A DNA stretch of 64,000 bases from Antedon mediterranea (lineage: Eukaryota > Animalia > Echinodermata), in contig NC_092678.1 of the NCBI RefSeq assembly GCF_964355755.1, forward strand, positions 25,437,365-25,501,364, in the 5' to 3' direction. A program made the translations under genes and the position numbers. Position 1 is the stretch's first letter. Every line of letters begins with the position of its first letter. A model generated the notes under the pieces. The model did not search any database. It worked only from the letters and a program-made list of their open reading frames with translations, and was not told the origin of the DNA. Below are positions 36,625-48,914 of the stretch, piece by piece.

Positions 36625-39195
36625 GGGTGTGTAGAAAGCGACGACCTCGAATTGGACGACCCCAACGACCCGGGCGACCTCGAATTGGACGACCTAGAAT
36701 TGGACGACCCATAACACGAAACCGACGACCCCTATAATAGCCTAGCCTAGCCTAGGCCTAAGTATGGTATAACATCCCGAAGCCGAACATAACCAAAGAT
36801 CTTTAAACCATACCTTATATAATACTCGCAAGCAAGCAATTGATTTCAAATCACATTTCTGTTTTTTAAATGGACAATAAAGTATATATGACCAGGGCTC
36901 GATTTAGTGCTAGCCCGGCGTACAATGGCTAGTAAAAACAGCTCCGGGCTACCTAAAGTATCTTCCTTTAAGCCCGGATGGCTAGTAGGTTGTGGGAACT
37001 CGAAATTGGGACGAAATGACCTCATAAAAATAACTCCAGCATAAAAGACATATATGTCTTGGCAACATCATAAAAAAAAAACACTCGCGCGCTGCTGCTG
37101 TGGCCATAACAAGTGATGATGTAGGCGGAGCCTCTCATAATCAAACAAATTTCCCGAATTATGATTGGCCATTTATGTTTTTGTCACCCAGGTTATTGTG
37201 AAGTAGGCGGAGCTTCATTATCAGGTCAAACATGTCACAAAAATATGACCATAAATAACGAACTGTGATTGGCCAAATGTAGTAGAATTTTGCCAATGTT
37301 AAAAATAACTTGTCTAGTCTTGTCATCAGGCCTGGTTGTCACAGATCAAAGCTAGGGATATTTTGTAGGGCTCTATCCCTGTAGGTAGGCCATGGAGGCC
37401 ATATTTTATAATATGCGTAGGAGGCCTAGATAGAATCAAAAGCCATCGTTTGGCATCGTGATGGCGGGTGTCACGAAAGCTCAGACCACGAAAGCTCAGA
37501 CCCCCTAAGACCTAAGATCACGAAAGCTAAGACCCAACACCTAAGATTACAAATATTTATCTTTCGCACCTGCCTTGTATTTTAACTCCCAACATTTATT
37601 CTGAATACCACACCTTAGAATTGGCACTTTCATGAAAAAGAATCACATAAAAAGTAACAAATACATTTTTAAATTGATGATTTTACAGACGTTTTTCTCG
37701 CACACAAAATGACTAGCCTACAGTACAGAGTAGGGATGCTAGTCAAGTCGCCCCATCGCAAAGTCGCCCCATACAAAGTCGCCCCTTACACAGTCGCCCC
37801 ATCGCAAAGTCGCCCCAAAACAAAGTCGCCCCGACACAGTCGCCCTATCGCAAAGTCGCCCCTTCGCAAAGTCGCCCCATCGCAAAGTCGCTCCATCGCA
37901 AAGTCGCCCCATCGCAAAGTCGCCCAATCGCAAAGTCGCCCCAAAACGTTAAAAAATAGTTTACAAGTGCGTAAAATGTTGCAATGATACACAAAATAAC
38001 ACAGAACGTGTAGGCATAAAAGGGGAAGCCCCGCCATGTAGTTTCAGGTCACACGATCGGCACGCACCCCCATATCACCCCCGACTAATCACTCGGTCGC
38101 ACTCCACGGTCGCACTAACGACGTGCTAGCTTACCAGAGGGAAACCCCCGTAATTACTCCGCCGTTGCCGTTGTCGCACTCTACACAACGCACCATCTGA
38201 AGATGGGGAAACTCCGCCGGAGTTTTACGATGATATCAGTCGCGTTCGAAATCGGTCGCGATAAAATGATGTTATACGATCTAGATTATTTTTACTTTGG
38301 TCGATGAATATTTATTATTATTATTATTAGGCCTATATTAATAATTGATTTTTGTTTTTATTTTACAGGTCAGTATGATGAGAAAGATGTGTGGCTTAAA
38401 AAATGACAATTTGTAAACATAGTTTAAGATATAGTATTATCCAGCATAATGTCATTTAACAGTACATAATTATTTAAATGTGAAATATTTTATAGGAAAC
38501 GTAGGCTGCGTCCGTGTCTTTTATTTTATATGCAACAAATTACGTAAAACAATTTATTTATAAACATTCAGTTTACTATTATATACATAGTATTACAGTG
38601 AACATTGATTGTAAGACTCCTGGAAAGGCAATCCCATCATTATATTCCATTATAAAATTGCATCATATCACCACTATAATGTCGTAAATGATAACGTGCG
38701 TGTGTGTATTTGTCGTACGTCCGTGTACGTATTATTACGTGCCTCTTCACTGTCTTGTTTAATTTAAAATTAAATAAACACCTGATATGAGGATATTTAT
38801 TAGGCATGATAATTAGAATGTTCTATAACCAAAAGGATTGAAAAGAATTTCTTCAGTAAAATGATCATTGTGCTGTTGAATAAAAGGCGACTCGCCATCT
38901 GAAACATTCTCTGAAACCAATCGGAGCTGCGCCTTCTGGTATCTGTTTCCTCACAGCTGCTACGTCTTTCTGCTGACCGTCGGGGATTCCCCTTTTTAAA
39001 AAACACGCACACGATACTGTACGATGGTTTTTCCATGGTCAAAATGTCGCGTTTTAATTTTACTAATACCTGCATGTAAAACAATCATATCGGCGATGAA
39101 ATCCCCTTTTTTTTTCTTCATTTTGAAAAGTCATTATAAAATTAAGACACATAACTTGTCAATAAATGCAAAATGATCAATAAGTAGCCTATAAC

Positions 39196-40499
39196 CATGG
39201 ATTAAAGAATAGAAGGATATGCATCGACGTGAGATCAAGGGTTCCTTGACTCTCGCCGACAGACCGCGGACCGCCCACAATGTTACAGTTTAATTAACCG
39301 CATGGTAACAACGAAACGGTCGCGTGCCTAATATATTGTTTACTGCACATGTGCAACGACATTTAACCTTGTTGGCTACTACGCTTCTTTCGCGCGTTCT
39401 TTGGTGGCATGATGTTTGTAGATGGTCAACTATTGACTATGTTGGTTTCTGCCGCGATTGATCTACGCTAATGATTTTTTTATGATGATTAAAGTAGCAT
39501 TTTATGACCTGTAGTAGCCCTACATCTGAGACAATAACTATTAGTTGTCTCATTTGTTGTAAAATTACAAAATCAGCAAGAATGCTAGCCTAGCTAGGCC
39601 CAGGCCTTGTACTAACTAGGCTAAACTGGGCTAGTAAACCCTATGATTTGCCGACATTGATACTGCCTAGGTAGGCCTAGGCTAATCTTAAATACTCACC
39701 GTTGTCTTACTTCTTGTGTGAATAATAATAATAGGTAGGCCTACTTCGTTTGTTCGTGATCAAGTTTGCCCTGCGTGTACTTTTCAAAACGACCGCTAGG
39801 TAACGAATCGCAACTATACATAGCCAGCCAATCCCGGATCAGGGATCGCTGTTTTCATTCAATTAGGCCCGGTGATTGGATGTGATGTGGATGACATAAC
39901 CACTAGCCAATCACCAGGCACTACAGTTTAAATATAATCACATCGATAATTAAGGAGATTTATGAAGAAACCACTGCTTAGCCATATATTAAAAAACACG
40001 ATTGTTGTATGTCTGAACACCGGCCACGCTAACAACATACATGGTCAAATGCATAATTTAATATTCTATAGATTAACGCAATTTTTAATGACAGAAGATG
40101 GCAGGCAAATAATGATAATTCAAATATAAAAATGGCATATTTTATTAATATTACCAACTACCTAAAATTACCAGTCGTAAGAAAGTGAACTTTTCGTAGT
40201 CCGATTGTGATGAAACTAAAACAGAATTATTCAGCAATATATGTTTGTTATCAATTAATCATCGACGCAGACATGTCAATAGAACATTCAGACTGCGCAT
40301 ACGATTTCTACATGGTTACGTTTTGGTCTCAAAAAATGTAACAGTTGATTCGCAGCGTTTTACAGAGGGCCGCGGTTAGAGACACGGAGTTCAATGAACG
40401 TGTTTGTTTGATTGGCAGCAGTGCTTTAGTATAGGCAAGCGCGTTGTAAAATCGTTTGATGTCACCGTCGATGCATATCCTTCTATTCTTTAATCCATG
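39196..40499. mobile_element. P-superfamily-like non-autonomous element, 1304 bp, copy 2
   Basis: Same TIR and length as 14461-15764 and identical as far as read; different 7-bp TSD ctataac. Confidence 0.88.
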
Positions 40500-40774
40500 C
40501 TATAACACTTATTGTCTTACAACACTGTTATTGTTTTAACTACTGTAAATCTATACGAAGGCCTACTACACATTTATTATATTATCCTAAAAAATGAGCT
40601 GGTATCGCGTAGGTTGAAGAAATTGTAATTGTGGCTCTGGTAACTAATTTTAAAATCATATTAAATTAACATTTTCGAAACTATAAATCAGGGATAATCT
40701 TTTTAAAACTTTCAAACAAGGGACTATTTTTTTAATGATTTTTAAAAAGCACATCACTCCATTAATTATGTATG

Positions 40775-41577
40775 TGTTATGCGCGATTTGAACGATTTGC
40801 GCAATTTGAAATTGCGCAAAAAAATCCTTGCGCAATTTGAAATTGCGCAAAGAATTCTTGCGCAATTTAAAATTGCGCAAGGATTTTTTTGCGCAATTTC
40901 AAATTGCGCAATCAACTTGCGCAATTTCAAATTGCGCAAGAAAATCTTTGCGCAATTTTAAATTGCGCTGCACAATTTGTAAATTGCGCAAGGTAGTTCT
41001 TGCGCAATATGACACCTTTGCGCAATTTGAAAACGAACTGTAAATTTTCCCATACATGGCTAGGCTAGGCCTAGGCAGAGGAGTTTAAAATTTAGTATTT
41101 TATTATATAAATAAGACCATTTCAATGAAGATAATGTTTAATACTCACTTTTTAAGTTTTTAATATTAGTTTAGCTAGGCCATGTAACCTAGTCAGTATC
41201 AGTAGTCCAGACCCTAGCTAGGCTAGAGTAGTAGGCTATAGCCGGCCGCCCGCGCCGCGCCCGCCTGGTGGAACACCACCGCTTCGTTTTCCTTCGTCGG
41301 TTCTTCGACGGTACGCTAACTTATAACAATATTTGCACTACTAAAATAAGGAAATGCAATATTTATCTTTAATTTTGAATCATTCTTAGAAATTACTATA
41401 AAAATATGGGTGTGCATGATTTCACAATCTGTCGAAAAACCTTGCGCAATTTGCAGATTACTTGCGCAATTTAATACGTTGCTTGCGCAATTTGAAACAC
41501 ATGTTTCAATTCAAATTGCGCAAGGATTTTTTTTGCGCAATTTCAAATTGCGCAAATCGTTCAAATCGCGCATAACA
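40775..41577. mobile_element. About 800-bp MITE/foldback with palindromic tgcgcaattt(g/c)aaattgcgca subrepeats
   Basis: About 70-bp TIR tgttatgcgcgatttgaacgatttgcgcaatttg... mirrored at about 41510-41577. Confidence 0.8.
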
Positions 41578-42445
41578 TATATAATAGGATAAACATTAAT
41601 GTATACGACATTTAGCGCGACCAAAGTAACAACGCAATCGATATCAAACGCAACCGATATGATTAAATCCGTGGTCGACTTTGCGATGGGCGACTTTGCG
41701 TTGGGGCGACTTTGCGATGGGGCGAATTTGCGATGGGGCGACTTTGTAATGGGGCGACTTTGAGATGGGGCGACTGTGCCGGAGCGACTTTGTTTTGGGG
41801 CGACTTTGCGATGGGGCGACTTTGTATTGGGCGACTTTGTATGGGGCGACTTTGCGATGGGGCGACTTGACTGGTAGGCCTACCCCATGGGCCATGATGT
41901 TCAATGTTTTTGTTACTATGGAACGTCAAAAGAGCAAAAATTATATAGAGGGCTGAAAACTCTGTGGAGTCCATCTACAGTGTGGATGGAACAATGTAAA
42001 ATTAAAATTGTAATGATAATAGTATAATCAAGCAAGTACGAAGAAATAAATACTGGCAAATAAATTTTAATTTAAAAATCATGATAAGTTTTTTTGTTTC
42101 GTTTTTGTTCTGTTTTTATACTTGTACTATTATTGTTGCTCTTTTGGCGCTCCATAGAAACAAAAACATTAAGCATGGGGACGGAGCTCGAGGAGTTACA
42201 TTGTCATTACAGTATACAAAGAAACACATCTGTAAAATCATCAATTTAAAGGATTTATTTATTTGTTATTATGTGTTTCTCCTTTTGAAAGTACTTATAA
42301 GTCCTAATTTTAAAGTGTGGTGTTGAGGATAAAGTTAGTCAACAAATTTGGAGTCAAAATACAAGAAAGGCAGGTGCGTAAGAAAAACATTCTCTGAAGC
42401 AACACAATGGAGTAAATATATACCAACAAACAACCCGTCAAGTTT

Positions 42446-44487
42446 GAGTGTTGACAAAGTGCGAGGCAGCGAGGCACGCGAGGTATGCCAAATATTTGTG
42501 CGAGGCATCATTTTATCATTTCCAAAAGTGCGAGGCATGCGAGGCATATAGTTTACAATTTCAAAAAGGTGCGAGGCATTTAACGTGCTATTATGCTATA
42601 TTATAGGCCTAATAATCAATCGATACAAGCGTATCTAAATAGATTCGTGTATACACTCATCATGTTGTTTATTTTTATGTAACGATTGTTTTTTCATTCA
42701 AGTCATATCGTGTCAAATTTTACTTTTACAAAAGTGCCCAAACTACGGTTCAAAAATCTGAACGACAGTCTTCAACTTTCGATAAACAATGGTTATAGCG
42801 ACACACTCATCAAATGACTGCAATGTTTGTTGGCATTTCGAGCGTGTTCACTCACATGTCTCTCGAACATAGCAGAGTGAAAATAATATTTTGTCACGCC
42901 CCTGCGCCTAGATCCGGTAGACCCGAGAGATGGAAAATCCCTCTTTACTATTTAGCAGGTAGCGGAATGATTCAGCCCTCAGCTCAGAGGATTGTGGTGC
43001 ATTCCACTCCTATAGCACGTGGTTTCAGCAGCAACGCACAGACTTCTCTCTGAGCGGCGTGCCAAAGACATTTTTGACATTCCATTCTCTAGGAACAACA
43101 CGTGTACCTCTCTCGCAAATAAGGTGAACAGCGATTGCCAGGACAAGTTCAATAACTGGCGGTGAATAAAAGGTAACTGATATGCCGATCCAATAACATG
43201 CCGCAAAGAAAAAAATTGCGACAGAATTCTGGAGCGCGTGTGAAAAAAGACTTACGTCCGACAATTGTAATACTAGGCCTAACATTTTAATATGCTTAGC
43301 CCTAACCTAGATAAGAGGCCTATGTAGAAAATAATTTAATCAATTTTGATATAATAATAATTGGTGTAATATTTAATAATGATACACTATTCCTGTTTTA
43401 GTAAGCTATGTATAATATTACGAACGATTTTTATTTATTGTTGTCCATGTACGTACTAATAAACCTGGCGCAAGTTTCCTTCGCTTGTATTTTTACTCCA
43501 AATTTGATAACTAACTTTATCGTGTGAATACCACACCTTAGAAGTATACCTCATGAGTACTTTAATGAAAGAATCACATAAAAAGTAACAAATAAATCCT
43601 TAAATTAGGCCTAATGATTTTACAGGCGTGTTTCTCGCACACTGTTCGCGAATTTCACTTATTCAATGTTCAATATTTTTGTTTCTATGGAGCGCCAAAA
43701 GAGCAACGATAATAGAGGACTAAAACTCAGTGGAATGCGTCAATTTCTCATGCATTTATTGGTGAAAAACACGTTTCATTTCAATATATTTGTTAATTTG
43801 TCAATAAAAATGTTGTAATATGTTACTGCTGATACTGTTCTGTTTTCAAAGAATAATAATCGATCCTAAATCAACATCACTACCTAGTCTAGACCTAGGA
43901 CATCCTACTAAGGATATTATGATGAATTTTTCTATTTTATTCTTTAAAAGGTTAACGAAACCGTGTACATTATCAACAGGAACATTTTTCCTTACTGACA
44001 GTGACAAAATCTATTGAAATTGTACTTGATTTTCACCAAATAATGCGTTAAATATAAATGGATTCCACAGAGTTTTTAGCCCTCTAATTAATTTTGCTCT
44101 TTTGGCGTTCCATAGAAACCAAAATATTGAACATTGAGTGTGCGAAATGCGAGAAAAACAACGTCTGTAAAATCACCAATTTAATGGATTTATTGTTACT
44201 TTTATGTGATTTTTCTTCATTAAAGTAGGCCTACTAATTCTAAGCTGTGGTATTCAGGATAAAGTTGGTTAAAATACAAGGCAGGTGCAAAGGGAAACTA
44301 GCCTAGCGGGCCTAGGCCTAGGCTACTTCAATTTCGGTGATTTCCTGCCTTGCAATTTTGAGAAATGATAAAATGATGCCTCGCATTTTTTGATGATGGT
44401 AAAACGATGCCTCGCATAAATTTCTGACTTGCCTCGCATGCCTTCCCTGCCTCGCGTGCCTCGCTGCCTCGCACTTTGTTACTACCC
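42446..44487. mobile_element. Mutator-like element, copy 2, inverted relative to 28701-30770
   Basis: Near-identical reverse complement (shared ORF translations at 30142/42814, 29989/42979 and 29154/43820); no TSD. Confidence 0.85.
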
Positions 44488-45971
44488 TCGTCCAATTCGA
44501 GGTCGTCGCTTTCTACACACCCTTTAATTTATATGCTTGTTCTTTGGTTAAATTGTTGTTTGAATAGCTAATATTTATGCTCATATTATAATAGTAATAG
44601 TAATACTGGACAACAATTATGCATTATTATAGAAGACTGTATTAATTGCAGTTGTTGCTGATGGATCAATGTTAATATTATCATTCTGTCAATTGTTTAA
44701 ATAGGTCATGTTAAACCAGTTTTAAATTAAGAACCAAGAACTTTATAATTAATAGTTAACCATACTATTATGTCATTTTTATTGTTTCACAGTTAATCAA
44801 CTCTATCACGGTATTGGTAAATAAAGACTTAAAGGAAGCATATAACCGTGTGATATTTCGATTCTCGACTCATATATTTCTCTGGACCCTCGACAGTAAT
44901 AGTCCTTATCCAAAAAGACTCGCTTTGGACTAGATGTTACCTTTCAATAACATGCTTCTCCTCTAAGGGTCTTGTCATGTCCTGCAGCCATTTACGGCGC
45001 TCTCTCGACACAGTGGCCGAGTGTGTGTACTAGTACACAGGGTAACCACCTACTCGTCTCGAAAGATGTACTAGGATTTTAAAAGTGCACACACAATGTG
45101 TATACACTGGACCTACGGTTTATAGTTCTTATTTGAGAAGACTTGTTCTACCACCAGAACCATGGAGCGAGTGAGCCTCATACCCTTGCCGATGTTATGG
45201 CTGGGTTACGGTTCCACTGTTCCACTGAACAAATGTGTTAATCGTAAAACAAAAATCTATTAATAATTATACTGTAATACAATTATATTTGAAATATTAA
45301 CCATTAATTATTATTTAAATATTATATTAACCTCATCCTTCTAAGAAATTAATTATTGATTTTTAATGTACTACTGTTAGTATTGTACTACATAAATAAT
45401 GATAATACTGTAATAATATCCTGGATTTATATAGCGCCTAATGTTGTGAAACCTAGCGCTGTACATAAACTAATACAATAAAAGGAATTTCAACCATGCC
45501 AAAAAAAAACCCAAACCGAAGCTCAGCCATTACGCCATTCTGCTTTAATCGTCCTCCAGTTTTATAATATACTGTACCGCAAACTTTATATCAAAACAAA
45601 TCGTGACCCATACAAGAACCACTTCAAAATTATGTTTCGTAGAAAACGAACGAAAACCAATATTATTGTATATTGAAATTAATAATTTATTTCAATTTGT
45701 GTCGAATATCAGATCGGAAATTAATTTACGGATGTACAGTATGCCAACTTGTAATTTAATCTTGATATAACACATTTTAATTTGTTGTTTTCTTTAAAAA
45801 AGATGTGTGAGGAAATAATTGTTTTAATGTAGTATAAACAAAAATTCTATGTATTAGTAATTACACATTATTAACTAGTAATTAGGCTAAATAGTTTGAA
45901 GTTCCTCAATATGCGGTTTTGCTGTTGGTATAAATACTGTTAGTGTTAGGGACAGACAGATAACAACAAGA

Positions 45972-47726
45972 ATGGCAGAGGAGATGGATAGTATGTATAT
46001 AGAAGTAACAGCCAGGGAGGAGATACAGAGTAAAGAGAAAGGAATGGCCAAGTGTCAATATAGTGATGTTGATGCAGTTCCTCCTGGAAAACAAGTGGTG
46101 GTTGTACAGCAGAAGCAACACCATGTTTCACTTGGTATTGCCGTTGCATGTGTCATTCTTGTATGTATTGTAGTAGCAGTTTTCAGTATGATGACTATCC
46201 AGTCACATAAATCCTTCATCGAGCATCTTACAAGAATCGAAATAAGCAGGTACAATTTGACTGAATACATTACAATGCCTAAAGGTAGGCTTTTTTTTTA
46301 TACTCTTTAAACAGAAGTTTTAACAAACTTGCTGCAATTTTTTTTTAAGATCTCAGATATTTAAAAAAATGTTTTTTCCTCTTTAATAATGAAGGTGATT
46401 TACTTGATGTGTATAGAAGGCAGGTATAAATGCACTGCAAAGTGGAATACCAGGCTCTTATTGGGTTGTAAATGGGACTAAAATGTGCTCTGTCAAATTG
46501 TCCCAGCTTAGTTAGAACTTCAAAATAGCAGTTATAGTTACAAGCCAAGCAGGAGTGCATACAAAACGAAGACTTTTTTTTTATGTTATTCAAATTATAA
46601 AACAAAGGCTAACACAATGACACAATTTCGAACTTTTCAGAAATTTGGGTACGAGATAATCAAGGATCTTCATTTTGTATGCCCCCATATAAGATGTGTA
46701 CAAAACGAAGACCCTTGATTATCTCGCACCCAAATTTCTGAAAAAGTTCGAAATTGTGTTATTGTGTTAGCCTGGTGTGTTATTCAAATAAAATAATTTT
46801 TGGTTCTTCGGTCTTCGTTTTGTATGCACCCCCAAGCAGGATGTTGTGTGGTCTGTAACTAATTTGATTATAATTGGTTGAATTTGAAATTAATACAAAA
46901 AAAATGATCGGCCAAATGTCAACCAGGGATCAAAATCAAGAATCGCAAATAATTTTGTATTAACATTATAAATCATTTTTGTAAAATTTATAGTTCATAC
47001 TTTATACACACGTTGGGGGCGCATGGATTGTCCAAGTACTGCTGAATTAGTATACAAAGGTATTTTAATAAAATATTATTTAAAATAAAATTGTAATTTT
47101 TGAAAGAAAAATAATATCAATTTGAGTATTCATCAGTAAATGAAGATGATACCTATCAAGGTAATATTATATTATAGTCCCAATATACAGTATAGGGTTT
47201 ATTTATATTTCTAGGTGTCATGTCTGGTGCACCATCGAGTGATACTGGGAGTGGTACAAACTATCTTTGTTTACCTGACCAACCACGATACAATGTTACA
47301 ATGGCTGGCTATCAAGTGCCAAGAGGATCAATTTCTGCTGTGGAATTCAGGGAATACACAAAAACGTTTAATCCAACAAAACATCTCCATGGCCTAAACT
47401 TTCCTTGCGCCGTTTGCCAAGCCCCACGAAGCGTCTCGTTACTTTTACCAGCGCATACTAAATGCCCAATTGGTTGGATTACAGAGTTTAGTGGATATAT
47501 GATGGCTTCTGCAAAAATCCAAAAACGTGCAGAATTCGTCTGCGTAGATGAAAGTCCATCTTACATAAATGGTTCAGATAAACCTGATGGTGATGCAGAC
47601 GATCAATCGGCCAGCAAGCTATTTCATGTTGAGGGCCGATGCAATGCAGAAGCTGCAGTTGGAGGGTTGCCTTGTCCACCGTATGTTGATGGTTACGAGT
47701 TGACTTGTGCAATTTGTACACAGTAA
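45972..47726 (+). CDS. Copy G: type II TM C4-like domain protein, intact 3-exon variant
   Basis: Exon 1 is 45972-46284 (donor GTAAGT changed to ATAAGC, read-through to AAAG|gtaggc), then 46994-47059 and 47215-47726; frame preserved. Confidence 0.8.
46552..46832. mobile_element. 280-bp palindromic MITE in the first intron of copy G
   Basis: TIR gg(a/g)gtgcatacaaaacgaagac, internal inverted repeat of about 60 bp, flanking duplication caagca. Confidence 0.75.
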
Positions 47727-48338
47727 TTTTGTTAACTTTGACACTGTAATGGCGATACAGGTATCATAGGGTCTTGCATGCCAATTTGTATCCTTCATTT
47801 TTATTAGTTCGTTGCAAGGGGTCTTGCGCAAACTTGTGTAGTTTTTTCTCTTTTGTGAGGGCAACCCACTTTTATTGCAATGATAAACAATATGGTGTAG
47901 GTTACAGTATATTATATATCTATCTATCTATTTATCAATGAATATTTAAGTGATACTGTATTACACAGACAGAGGTTAAAAGATTATATAAAATATTTTG
48001 ATATTGTGTTGAAATCTAGATAAAACAAACATGTATACACAGAAAATTTATATTACAGAGCTAAAACGATATAAAGATTGATATTCAGTATTAAAAGGAG
48101 ATTCGATATAATATAAATATATATGATAAAATGGTATATTGCATTATAATAAGATTATGTTTTGTTTGAATACTTTTATAAAATTGTATAGTTTTACATT
48201 TTGAACATAATATTGCTTTTATTATTTATATGATAAAATAACAAACTAATAAATATTGCAAAGCTAAACCATACGCAAATCTTGAGCTACCTTGTGTGGT
48301 TTTGTACTCTGTAAATTCAAGACACCTCTTGGCAGTTA

Positions 48339-48864
48339 GATAAATTTAGATAAATTTATTGAACGAACGCTTTTGTATCAGCGGCACACGTTTATAAGAC
48401 GGTGCGTTCATTTACAAGGCAATGTAAAAACAAAAAGAAAAGTATCAAAAAATAACATTTAAGTCTTAACTAAGAAGCGAATTATACAAGTAAAATGAAA
48501 TTAGTAAAAACAAGGTAATCTTACATATCGAACAATACTTAACCTATATGATGGAGTTAATGTTATTATCTATTTATTATCAGTATTATTAATATTTTCA
48601 AGTTTTAAGCGAATATATTATCATTATTATTACTAAAAAAATATATATATATATATATAATTGCTAATTGATTTATTATACTGTTATTATTAAAATAAAT
48701 GCAACTTTTATATGATTATTTGTTCTTATTATATTTAATATTAATAGTTATTTGTAATTTAATTAAATGTGATACAATTTTTATTATATTATTTAGTCTT
48801 ATTTTTAGTACTGTATTATTTATTTATTTTATTTAGATTTAGGTTACATTATATAATTTTGAAG

Positions 48865-48914
<50 letters not shown>

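Larger units (their letters stand above)
37739..41874. mobile_element. Foldback-type element with inverted subterminal 16-bp tandem arrays
   Basis: (caaagtcgccccatcg)n at 37739-37945 mirrored by (cgatggggcgactttg)n at 41675-41874. Confidence 0.75.
36625..44522. mobile_element. 7.9-kb composite TIR element with nested insertions
   Basis: 35-bp TIR gggtgtgtagaaagcgacgacctcgaattggacga / tcgtccaattcgaggtcgtcgctttctacacaccc; cgacc subrepeats at the left end; flanks do not form a TSD. Confidence 0.75.

Noticed and set aside
36625-36737. Arg/Pro-rich C-terminus (RPRIGRP repeats) of ORF 36327-36737
   Set aside because: Read-through of exon 1 into the transposon's subterminal repeats
37709-41974. 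KVAP/KSP/SRP and LRNFKLRK repeat ORFs
   Set aside because: Translations of subterminal tandem arrays of foldback and MITE elements
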